Below are positions 8,826 to 16,979 of a stretch of DNA of 51,018 nt, piece by piece (positions within the stretch are counted from its first letter, which is position 1; each line of letters begins with the position of its first letter). Under the pieces are notes generated by a model that saw only the letters and a list, made by a program, of their open reading frames with translations, was not told the DNA's origin and did not search any database. The translations under genes were made by a program, and so were the position numbers. The stretch is taken from assembly GCA_050731755.1 (NCBI GenBank), contig JBOHPP010000038.1, positions 1-51,018 of the forward strand. The letters run 5' to 3'. Source of the DNA: Candidatus Rokuibacteriota bacterium (GTDB lineage Bacteria > Methylomirabilota > Methylomirabilia > Rokubacteriales > CSP1-6).

Positions 8826-8955
8826 TGTCAGCCATACGCGCCTAGAACAGGCCCCCCACGGTCCAAGCCGGCCTCGCGGACCCCGCTCCAGCGAAGCACG
8901 GCGCACCTCGAACAGCCCCCCCACGGTCCAAGCCGGCCTCGCGGCCCCCGCTCCA
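8826..8955 (+). repeat. about two tandem units of the 65-bp repeat family also found between nuoL and nuoM
   Basis: Unit 8891-8955 (GCGAAGCACGGCGCACCTCGAACAGCCCCCCCACGGTCCAAGCCGGCCTCGCGGCCCCCGCTCCA) differs from nuoL-M unit 2 at about 9 of 65 positions and has the same orientation. The preceding unit (8826-8890) is degenerate in its 5' third. Confidence 0.7.
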
Positions 8956-9012
8956 ACATCAACTTGAGCCGCCCGGGGGCTCGCCCGCACAATACGGCCG
9001 AACGGATTCGAG

Positions 9013-10968
9013 GTGGCCTGGATGAGGACTGAGACCGACGACATCATCTGGCGGCCGACTCCGGAGGTGGCCGAACGTTCCCGCATCGGCCGCTTCATGC
9101 GGGCCAACGGCGTAGGCTCGCTGCAGGAGCTCTGCCGCCGGTCGATCGAGGACATGGAGTGGTACTGGTCGGCGGTCGTGCGTGATCTCGGCATCCGGTG
9201 GTCGCGACCATATGCGCGGGTGCTGGACGCCGCGCGCGGCCCGGCCTGGCCTGCGTGGTTTCCCGGGGGCCGCCTGAACCTCGCCGACAACTGCGTCGAT
9301 CGGCACATCGACGCCGGCCGGGGCGAGCGGGCCGCGATCGTCTGGGAGGCCGACGACGGCCGGACGCGGACGCTGACGTACCGGGAGCTGGCGAGCGAGG
9401 TCGGCCGGCTGGCCAACGCCCTCACCCGACTCGGTGTGACGAAGGGGGACCGCGTGGGCGTGTTCCTGCCGATGTCACCCGAGGCGGCCATCGCCACGCT
9501 GGCCATCACGCGCCTGGGGGCCATCTACACACCCTGCTTCTCGGGGTTCGGCGCGCAGGCGGTGGCCTCACGGCTTTCCGACTCCGAGGCCAAGGTCCTC
9601 ATCACCGCCGATGGCTTTCACCGCCGCGGTCAGGTCGTACGGATGAAGGAAACGGCCGACGAGGCGGTCGCTGCCTGTTCCAGCATCGAGCACGTCCTGG
9701 TGTTCCGGCGTCTCGGGCGCGACGTCCCCTGGCGCGCCGGCCGGGACCTTTGGTGGGACGATGCGGTGGCGCCGGAGTCGGAGCGCTGCCCGGTGGTTCC
9801 GGTCGGTGCCGACCACCCTTGCATCATCGCCTACACGTCGGGCACGACGGGCCGGCCCAAGGGCGCCGTGCTCACGCACGGCGGCTTTCTCCTCAAGGCG
9901 CTGAACGACTTCGCCTACTGCCACGACGTCGGTGACGGCGATCGCCTCTTCTGGCTCACCGATCTCGGCTGGTTGATGGGGCCCATGCTGATCACGGCCG
10001 GTCTCGGCCACGGGGCCACCGCCGTTCTCTTCGAGGGTGTGCCCGATTTCCCGCGCCCCGACCGCCTTTGGGCTCTGGTGGAGCGCCACCGCATCACCGT
10101 CATGGGACTCTCCCCCACCGCCGTGCGCGCCCTCATGCCCCACGGACCCGAGCATCCGCGAGCGCACGATCTGTCCTCGCTCCGCATCCTCGGCTCCACC
10201 GGCGAACCCTGGAACCCCGAGCCCTACCGGTGGCTGTTCGAGCACGTGGGCGGCGGCCGCCTGCCCATCATCAACTACACGGGAGGAACCGAGATCTCCG
10301 GCGGCATCCTCGGCTGCTTCCCCATCGCTCCGCTCAAGCCGTGCTCCTTCGCCGGGCCCATTCCCGGCATGGCCGCCGACGTCTACGGCGACGACGGCCG
10401 CCCGGTGCGCGGTCAGGTCGGCGAGCTGGTCGTCACCCGGCCGTGGCCGGGAATGACGGCGGGCTTCTGGCGCGATGCCAAGCGCTACGAGGAGACGTAC
10501 TGGTCGCGCTGGCCCGGCGCGTGGGTGCACGGGGACTGGGCCCTCGTCGACGAGGATGGCTTCTGGTTCCTGCAGGGACGCTCCGACGACACCCTGAAGA
10601 TCGCGGGCAAGCGCCTGGGGCCCGCCGAGGTGGAGTCGATCCTCGTCGGCCATCCGGCGGTGGCCGAGGCCGGCGTCATCGGCGTGCCCCACGAGGTCAA
10701 AGGCGAAGCCGTGGTGTGCTTCGTGGTGCTGAAGCCCGATCAGACGCCGTCGGAGGCTCTGCGGGGCGCGCTCAGCGAGCGCGTGGCGCAGCAGATGGGC
10801 AAGGCCCTCAAGCCCGAGCGCGTGCTGTTCGCCCGCGACCTGCCCAAGACCCGCTCGGCGAAGATCATGCGCCGCGTGATCCGCGCCACGCACCTGGGGC
10901 GCGAGGCGGGAGACCTGTCCTCGCTGGAGAACCCCGACGCCGTCAAGGCCATCGCCGAGGCAACTTAG
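9013..10968 (+). CDS. AMP-forming acyl-CoA synthetase, acetyl-/propionyl-CoA synthetase-like
   Basis: 651 aa (GTG 9013 or ATG 9022). Adenylate-forming motifs YTSGTTGRPKG, GRSDDTLKIAGKRLGPAEVES and PKTRSAKIMRR. The N-terminal WFPGGRLNLADNCVDRH layout matches Acs-type enzymes. Confidence 0.85.
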   Translation: MAWMRTETDDIIWRPTPEVAERSRIGRFMRANGVGSLQELCRRSIEDMEWYWSAVVRDLGIRWSRPYARVLDAARGPAWPAWFPGGRLNLADNCVDRHIDAGRGERAAIVWEADDGRTRTLTYRELASEVGRLANALTRLGVTKGDRVGVFLPMSPEAAIATLAITRLGAIYTPCFSGFGAQAVASRLSDSEAKVLITADGFHRRGQVVRMKETADEAVAACSSIEHVLVFRRLGRDVPWRAGRDLWWDDAVAPESERCPVVPVGADHPCIIAYTSGTTGRPKGAVLTHGGFLLKALNDFAYCHDVGDGDRLFWLTDLGWLMGPMLITAGLGHGATAVLFEGVPDFPRPDRLWALVERHRITVMGLSPTAVRALMPHGPEHPRAHDLSSLRILGSTGEPWNPEPYRWLFEHVGGGRLPIINYTGGTEISGGILGCFPIAPLKPCSFAGPIPGMAADVYGDDGRPVRGQVGELVVTRPWPGMTAGFWRDAKRYEETYWSRWPGAWVHGDWALVDEDGFWFLQGRSDDTLKIAGKRLGPAEVESILVGHPAVAEAGVIGVPHEVKGEAVVCFVVLKPDQTPSEALRGALSERVAQQMGKALKPERVLFARDLPKTRSAKIMRRVIRATHLGREAGDLSSLENPDAVKAIAEAT

Positions 10969-11166
10969 GGCGCCTCGCCGTCTCGGCTAACTGGCCGGAA
11001 TCCTGGGACAGAACGCAAAGGCGGCCGGCGCCGGGCCTCGCGACACCCGTGCCCGATCGTGAGTCATTTGGACCACTGAACCCGCGCCGAGGGCGTCACG
11101 CCCATCCGACGTTGGATGATATTCTGAAATCCCGTGACTCCCATCGGACCCGTCGACGGAGGAAGG

Positions 11167-13509
11167 ATGTCGGCAAGGGGCCAGCCCGCACCCGGCGCCT
11201 CGCTCTCGTTCGGCGCCACCGTCACGATCTTCTTCAGCGATATCCGGGGCTTCACCGAGTACACCGACCAGTACGGCGACGAAACGGCGTATCGGATTCT
11301 GCAGCAGCACAACAGCCTCGTGCGCCGGCAGATCGAGCTGTTCGGCGGCCAGGTCGTCAAGACGCAGGGCGACAGTTTCATGGCGGCGTTTCGGACCGCC
11401 CGCGCGGCCATCCAGTGCGCCGTCGCCATCCAGCGAGCCCTGGCCTCCGGTGGCGCCGACGAACAGGGAACACGGATCGCCCTCGGCATCGGGATCAACA
11501 CCGGGGAGCCCATCCAGGAGGACGGAGACTTCTTCGGCGGCCCCGTGAATCTGGCCTCGCGCATCTGCTCTTCGGCGGGCCCGGGACAGATCCTGGTTTC
11601 AGAGACGACGCGGAACGTCTCGGGTCGGATCGAGCCCGTGGAGTTCGTGGACCGTGGCCCCCACGACCTCAAGGGATTTCAGGAGCCGCAGCGGCTGTAC
11701 GAGGTGCGCTGGACGTCGCCCGACTCGCGCGGTGGTCCGGCCAACCGGGACCTCCAGGATGAGCTGACCGGGCTGACCGAGCGCTGCTCCCAGCTCGGCG
11801 GCGAGCTCATCGAAATGAGCCGGGCGATGCAGTCGGAGACCGTGCTGCCGCCCGACACGCTGGGGCGGCAGCTTGCGGCGCTGCGCGGGGCCTTCGTCGA
11901 TCTGCGGGCTCGCATCATCCAGCGCGCCGGGCCCATCGGCGTGGCGGTGTCGCCGGCCGCCGCGGCCGCGGTGTCGCTGACCGATCTGGAGCCGGTGGTG
12001 AGATCAATCCTACAAACCGAGACCGACCGGACCACCGCCCCGCGCGCGCGGGCCGAGCCCGAAGACGACAAGACCCGACAGGCCGCGCTGGAGGCCGCCG
12101 TCCAGCGCGCGATCGGCGTGCTCAACCGCGCCCTGGCCATCGCTCATCACGACGAGGCGGCCTTCCAGCCGCTCCTCGAGTGCCAGGCCAAGGCCAGCGA
12201 GCTACGCCTCAAGCTCTCGCGGCTGGCCTCCACGAGCCGCGACTACCCCGCGCAGCGGGTTGACGAGTCGACGGTGCCCTTCGCTGACCTCCTGGCTCTG
12301 GTCGTGGGGCGGGAGGACGTCGACGACGACCGGTGGATGCAGCTGGAAGAGACCGTGGGGCGGGCGTTCGGTCGGCAACTGGCGATCGCGGCGACTCGCG
12401 GTCGACTCGTCGTCGAAGGGGTGGAGCGACGGCCGGCGCGCGCGCCGTCCCGGCCGGTCGACGTCGTCACCCCCGAGCCGCGTCCCGCTCCGGCAGCGCC
12501 GGCGCCGCCGCGTCCCCGGGCGCCGGAGCCGGAGGTGACCACGTCGGCGCCGCCCCGGTCCCCCGCCGCGGAGCCACAGGTGAGCGCCCCGTTTCGCGCG
12601 GCCGAGCCGGCAGTCCAGGTTCCCCAGCCCGACCCGCGGGCGGCTGCCGTGCCGTGGTGGGCTGCCGCGCACGCCGCCTGGGCCGCCTGGAAAGCGTCGG
12701 GAGTGGCGACAGCCCACGCGCTGCGGGCGGCGCTGGCCAGACATCCGCATCTGCTGAGCGTGCCCATCCGGCAGAGCACCAAGTACGACGAGGGTCTCCT
12801 CGCCGAGGGCTACTTCCTGCTCATCGAGCACGTCGAGAACCAGTCGCCGGCGTTCGTGCGGACAGCTCTCGACCAGGCGTTGCAGCAGACCGGTGGATCC
12901 GCCGACCCGGCGGCGCTGGCCCGCGCGCTGTACGACCTGTTGGCTACGAAGGGCAAGCTCCGGGAGACCTACCCGGACTTCCTGCGTGACGTCATGGTCG
13001 CCGCCATCCCCAATCCAGGCGTTTGGGTGGACGGCGCCCTCGTCGAGAACGACGCGTCGACGGTGGTGGCGACCCGGCCGAACGCCGCGATCGGCGAGAC
13101 GGCCGAGCGGACTCAGGAGCTCACGGATCCCAAGGACCGGTACGGCAAGCATCGCTTCGCTGTCGTAGCGGGGCCGCTGACGACGCGCTTCGTCTGTCTC
13201 AAGCGGGGCGACCTCAAGGAGGGGCGGGACATCGAGGTCACGGTCACCGAGGACGGCAAGCCCTCCGACTCCGCCCTGCTCCTCACCCTGCGCAGCGATC
13301 ATATGCTGCATACCGCTCCCAAGCGCCCGGGCGCCCAGGGAGCGCTGCTCGAAGGGCTGGGGCGCAGTTACAGTGGTCTGTGGGTCGCGCTCTTCAACTC
13401 CGAGCCGGAGGACGACAAGCGGTTCGAGGTGGTGCTGAGTCTCCGGCCCCAGGCAGCGGCCGCGCCCGTGGGGCGGACGATGTTCGGTGGGCCGGGCCGC
13501 GCCCGGTGA
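11167..13509 (+). CDS. class III adenylate cyclase domain fused to helical, Pro-rich and unassigned C-terminal modules
   Basis: ATG 11167 is preceded by GGAGGA; the track ORF starts at GTG 11134. Cyclase motifs FFSDIRGFT, VKTQGDSFMAAF, GINTGEP, GGPVNLASR. A Pro-rich linker is followed by a ~265-aa module homologous to the C-terminus of the next gene. Confidence 0.85.
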   Translation: MSARGQPAPGASLSFGATVTIFFSDIRGFTEYTDQYGDETAYRILQQHNSLVRRQIELFGGQVVKTQGDSFMAAFRTARAAIQCAVAIQRALASGGADEQGTRIALGIGINTGEPIQEDGDFFGGPVNLASRICSSAGPGQILVSETTRNVSGRIEPVEFVDRGPHDLKGFQEPQRLYEVRWTSPDSRGGPANRDLQDELTGLTERCSQLGGELIEMSRAMQSETVLPPDTLGRQLAALRGAFVDLRARIIQRAGPIGVAVSPAAAAAVSLTDLEPVVRSILQTETDRTTAPRARAEPEDDKTRQAALEAAVQRAIGVLNRALAIAHHDEAAFQPLLECQAKASELRLKLSRLASTSRDYPAQRVDESTVPFADLLALVVGREDVDDDRWMQLEETVGRAFGRQLAIAATRGRLVVEGVERRPARAPSRPVDVVTPEPRPAPAAPAPPRPRAPEPEVTTSAPPRSPAAEPQVSAPFRAAEPAVQVPQPDPRAAAVPWWAAAHAAWAAWKASGVATAHALRAALARHPHLLSVPIRQSTKYDEGLLAEGYFLLIEHVENQSPAFVRTALDQALQQTGGSADPAALARALYDLLATKGKLRETYPDFLRDVMVAAIPNPGVWVDGALVENDASTVVATRPNAAIGETAERTQELTDPKDRYGKHRFAVVAGPLTTRFVCLKRGDLKEGRDIEVTVTEDGKPSDSALLLTLRSDHMLHTAPKRPGAQGALLEGLGRSYSGLWVALFNSEPEDDKRFEVVLSLRPQAAAAPVGRTMFGGPGRAR

Positions 13510-15109
13510 GACCGTGAGCGGCAATCACACCGACTTCGCCCGCCGGCTGGCGGCGCTCGCCGAGCGACTGGCCCGCATAAGCACCGAGCTCGCGGCGGCG
13601 GGCCGCGGCCTCATCGAGCGGCGGCTGCTCCCTCCCGAGGGGCTGGTCGACGAGCTGGCGGGTATCCGCACCGACTTCGAAGATCTGAGAACGCGCGTGC
13701 TCGACGCGGCCGCCGCCCTGTCTCTCGGCCCAACGCCGCCGGTGACGACGGTACGCGAGCTCGAGGTGCTGCTCAGGGTCGTCACCGATACGGAGAGCCG
13801 GCGGGCGCGACGGCGCCAGGAGTCGGAGGTGCCACCGGCGCAGCGGTCGGCGTTCGAGGAGGCGCGGCCGCCGGCCGCCGAGGACGCCAAGCGCCAAGCC
13901 GAGCTGGAGGCTCGTCGCCGCGCGGAGGAGGAAGCGGCGCTGCGGCAGGCCGAGGAGGCCAAGCGCCACGCCGCGGAGGAGGCCCGCAAACGGGCGGCGG
14001 AAGCCGACGAGCGGGCCCAGCGCATGGAGCAAGAGCGCCGGGCAGCCGAGGAGGCCGCCCGCCGCCAGGCCGAGGAAGAGGCCCAGCGGAGGACGGTTGA
14101 GGAGGCCCGGCGTCGCGCGGAGGACGAGAATAAGCGCCGGGCCGAGGAAGAAGCCAAGCGCCAGGAGGAGGAGGAGCGCCGGCGACGCGAGCAAGAGGCC
14201 CGCCGCCGCGCTGAGGAGGAAGCTCGGCGGCCGGCCGCCGCCGAGGAGGCGCCGGCGCGAGCGGCCGAAGTCGAGGAGGCCGACCTCGGGCTGGAGACGG
14301 CCCAGTGGTGGATCTCGGCCAACGCCAGCTGGACCTCGATGAAGTCCCGGCAGGTGAGCTTCGCCGACTCCGTGCCCGACGTCCTCGTGAAGTACCCCTA
14401 CGTCTTCAGCGTGCCCATTCAGACCAGCGCCGACTACGAGGACGGTCTGTTGGCCTACGGCTACGCGGTCCTCCTCGACTACATGGAGCAGCGCTCCGCG
14501 GGATTCGTGTCCGAGGCCCTCAACCGCTTGCCCGCCCGCAAGGGGACATCGCTCGGCCGACGCCTGTACGACTACGTCGCCGAGCTGCTTCGGCCGGGGT
14601 TCGGGGATTTCATCCGGGCGGTGATGCTGGCGGCGTTGCCGCGGACGGCGCCTTGGGTGAACGGGGGGATCGAGGACAGCGAGCAGGCCACCACGGTGTT
14701 CGTGCGTCCGAGCGGCCGCCTCGGGGACACCACCCAGAAGGCCGAGCGCTTCACGCAGGAGCAGAGGCGATTCGCCGATCACGAGTTCACCGCCGCCGTC
14801 GCCCCCTTGACCGCGCGCTTCTTCCGCGTCGAGGCCACGGAGGTCAAGGACCCACGCACGGTCGAGGTGCGGCTGAGCGAGAATGGGTCACCCTCCGACC
14901 ACGCCTGGGTGGTGACGGCGTCGACGCGGGCCGCCCCCGCGCAGGCTCGGCGTCACGAGCGGCAGGGCACGACAGTGGCCGGGCTGGGCCGCGACTACAG
15001 CGCGGTGTGGATCGGGCTGTTCAACGCCGACACCGAGACGGAGCAGCGCTTCGATCTGACCATCGGGCTCAAGCGGCGGGCCGCGACGGCCGCCTTTAGG
15101 AAGAAGTAG
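13487..15109 (+). CDS. cyclase-less paralog of the preceding protein, with a long E/R/A/K-rich helix
   Basis: GTG 13487 overlaps the upstream stop at 13507-13509; GTG 13514 is an alternative start. The N-terminal helical module and the C-terminal ~260 aa align with the upstream protein (WWISANASW / WWAAAHAAW; SVPIQTSADYEDGLLAYGY / SVPIRQSTKYDEGLLAEGY). Confidence 0.8.
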   Translation: MGRAAPGETVSGNHTDFARRLAALAERLARISTELAAAGRGLIERRLLPPEGLVDELAGIRTDFEDLRTRVLDAAAALSLGPTPPVTTVRELEVLLRVVTDTESRRARRRQESEVPPAQRSAFEEARPPAAEDAKRQAELEARRRAEEEAALRQAEEAKRHAAEEARKRAAEADERAQRMEQERRAAEEAARRQAEEEAQRRTVEEARRRAEDENKRRAEEEAKRQEEEERRRREQEARRRAEEEARRPAAAEEAPARAAEVEEADLGLETAQWWISANASWTSMKSRQVSFADSVPDVLVKYPYVFSVPIQTSADYEDGLLAYGYAVLLDYMEQRSAGFVSEALNRLPARKGTSLGRRLYDYVAELLRPGFGDFIRAVMLAALPRTAPWVNGGIEDSEQATTVFVRPSGRLGDTTQKAERFTQEQRRFADHEFTAAVAPLTARFFRVEATEVKDPRTVEVRLSENGSPSDHAWVVTASTRAAPAQARRHERQGTTVAGLGRDYSAVWIGLFNADTETEQRFDLTIGLKRRAATAAFRKK

Positions 15110-15112
15110 CCG

Positions 15113-15484
15113 TCAGCTGGACTTGGGAACGGACGTCGGCGCGCCCGGGGCCGGGGTCGCCGCCGGGCTCGCCGGCTTGGCCTCGCGCTCGAAGGGGCTG
15201 CGCCGCAAGCCGAGCCGCTGGGCGATCTGGTTGATCGGCTGCACGGAGTCCATCAGCCGGCTCAGGGCCTGGGTGACTTCGTCACGATCGATGCGCAGGC
15301 GATCGTGCTCGCGACGCATCTCGTCGAGCTCCTTGCGCTGCCGCTCACATTCGCGTTGCAGCTCGGCGATCTTGGCCGCCTCGTCACCGTGCAGGAGTGG
15401 CGGCAGATGGGGCAGGAGCTTCAGGGTCTCCTGAACCCAGTGCGCCACCCTCTCGCGGATGTCGGCGGTCGGCGTCTCGTTCAT
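15113..15484 (-). CDS. small coiled-coil protein, unknown function
   Basis: 123 aa, ATG 15484. Heptad-like charged core ([30 protein letters not shown]) and a Pro/Ala-rich tail. Convergent with the paralog gene, with 3 nt between the stops. Confidence 0.55.
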   Translation of the reverse strand: MNETPTADIRERVAHWVQETLKLLPHLPPLLHGDEAAKIAELQRECERQRKELDEMRREHDRLRIDRDEVTQALSRLMDSVQPINQIAQRLGLRRSPFEREAKPASPAATPAPGAPTSVPKSS

Positions 15485-15685
15485 GCGAGTGCTCTCTCGC
15501 GCCCGGCGCGGGATTTCAACCCTGCTAGCAGCCTAGCACGCGCGCGCGGACCAGCCGGCCGGAAATATCGGTCCGCCGACTCCGAGCGCGCCTCGCGCGC
15601 CGGGTCGTCCGCCAAGAATGGACGAGTGTTTGCGCTCGGCAGCACGCGGTGTCATGCTCGGGCCCGGCGTTCGAGGAGACCGCCG

Positions 15686-16030
15686 ATGACAAGTCGCCTG
15701 GCCGGCGAGCGATGTTCCGCGTGTCGCCCCGGCGCGCCGCCGGTGACGGAGGCGGAGATCCGCGAGTGGTCGCCGCAAGTGCCACGCTGGACGCTCGTCG
15801 AGCGCGACGGTGTCAGGCGGCTCGAGCGCATGTTCACCTTCGCCGACTTTGTCGCCGCCCTCGCTTTCACCAACCGCGTCGGGGCCGTCGCCGAGGCCGA
15901 GGGGCATCATCCGGCGATTCTGACCGAGTGGGGTCGGGTCACCGTGACGTGGTGGACGCATGCGATCCGCGGCCTGCACCGCAACGACTTCGTCATGGCG
16001 GCCAAGACGGATGCCCTGGCTGGGGGCTGA
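15686..16030 (+). CDS. phhB: pterin-4-alpha-carbinolamine dehydratase
   Basis: ATG 15686, 114 aa. PCD pattern ...[41 protein letters not shown]... Confidence 0.85.
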   Translation: MTSRLAGERCSACRPGAPPVTEAEIREWSPQVPRWTLVERDGVRRLERMFTFADFVAALAFTNRVGAVAEAEGHHPAILTEWGRVTVTWWTHAIRGLHRNDFVMAAKTDALAGG

Positions 16031-16085
16031 GCCGCGCGCGCGCCTCCTGCGTGCGGTTCCCCGGGAGCGCGCCGCCGCGCGAGCG

Positions 16086-16979
16086 ATGGCCGCCGGACGC
16101 GGCGCGGCGGCGGTCGAACTCGACCGGGCGACGCTGCTGCGCCTGCGCGGCCGCCGGTTCCGGCACGCGCCGGCGTGGCGCGTGCGCTCCGACCGGAGCG
16201 CGCTGGCGTTCGTCGAGGAGGTCGGCTTCTGCTCCACGTTCTACTCGTTCCCCGAAGGCGTGGCCTGCCTGTGGGAGGCGGTCACCGGCCGGGCCAACCC
16301 GCGCTGGCCGCGTCGCTCCCATCACGACGCCGGGGTCGGACTCACCTGGGACCTGAAGCACCGCCTGCCCGCCGCCCGGCGGGTGTACTACGGCAAGCTC
16401 CTCAAGGGCCGCCCGCTGCTCGTCGCGCTCGACCTCTTCCCCGCGTTCTACGCGCTGGTTCGCGGCCGGCAGCGGGCCCGGCATTACGTGGAGGAACACG
16501 CGAACGGGCACTTGAGCCACACCGCGCGGCGGATCATGGACGTCTTGATCAAGGAGCACCCGCTGTACACGCGTGACCTTCGCGCCAACACCTTCATGCT
16601 GGAGCCGGCCAGGACGCGCGAGTTCGAGCGGGCCATGGCCGAGCTGCAGCAAGGGTTGTGGGTGGTGAAAACCGAAGAGCGTTACGAGCCGACGTTCTCG
16701 TACCGGTGGGACCTGCTCGAGGCGTGGCTGCCCGAGGCTACCGCGGCGGGCCGGCGGCTCGGGCGCGAAGCTGCCATCGACCATGTGCTCGATCGGTACT
16801 TGCGCGGCGCCGTCTTCACGCAGACGCCGCTGCTCGCCCGCCTCTTCCGCCTCGGCCGCGACGAGGTGGAGGCGGCGGCGGGGCGGCTGGTCGGCGCCGG
16901 CACGCTCAGCGCCGACTGCGCCGTGCGCGGCTGGCCGGGCCGATGGCTGGTGCACCGAGCGCCGCTCGGCGCGGTCTGA
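16086..16979 (+). CDS. hypothetical protein, possibly winged-helix YcaQ/AlkZ-related
   Basis: ATG 16086, 297 aa, coherent coding. The C-terminal ...AAIDHVLDRYLRGAVFTQTPLLARLF... resembles the wHTH layout of YcaQ-family proteins. The assignment is weak. Confidence 0.5.
   Translation: MAAGRGAAAVELDRATLLRLRGRRFRHAPAWRVRSDRSALAFVEEVGFCSTFYSFPEGVACLWEAVTGRANPRWPRRSHHDAGVGLTWDLKHRLPAARRVYYGKLLKGRPLLVALDLFPAFYALVRGRQRARHYVEEHANGHLSHTARRIMDVLIKEHPLYTRDLRANTFMLEPARTREFERAMAELQQGLWVVKTEERYEPTFSYRWDLLEAWLPEATAAGRRLGREAAIDHVLDRYLRGAVFTQTPLLARLFRLGRDEVEAAAGRLVGAGTLSADCAVRGWPGRWLVHRAPLGAV

Noticed and set aside
8694-9524. Upstream two thirds of the 410-aa minus-strand ORF 8292-9524
   Set aside because: It runs through the 65-bp repeats and antisense to the acyl-CoA synthetase gene. 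Only the distal 133 codons from ATG 8693 look like coding sequence.
13877-14230. DNA-level tandem repeat or mobile element underlying the GAGGAGGC-rich stretch
   Set aside because: The periodicity is irregular and reflects codon repetition for an E/R/A/K-rich helix inside an intact ORF. It is not a discrete repeat element.
11134-15109. Reading the cyclase pair (and the 25-kb cyclase) as a Pycsar/CBASS-type antiphage cyclic-nucleotide system
   Set aside because: No cyclic-nucleotide-binding effector, TIR, patatin, endonuclease or TM effector gene is adjacent. The cyclase has the adenine-type Lys. A defence role is therefore unsupported speculation and is kept only as one open possibility.
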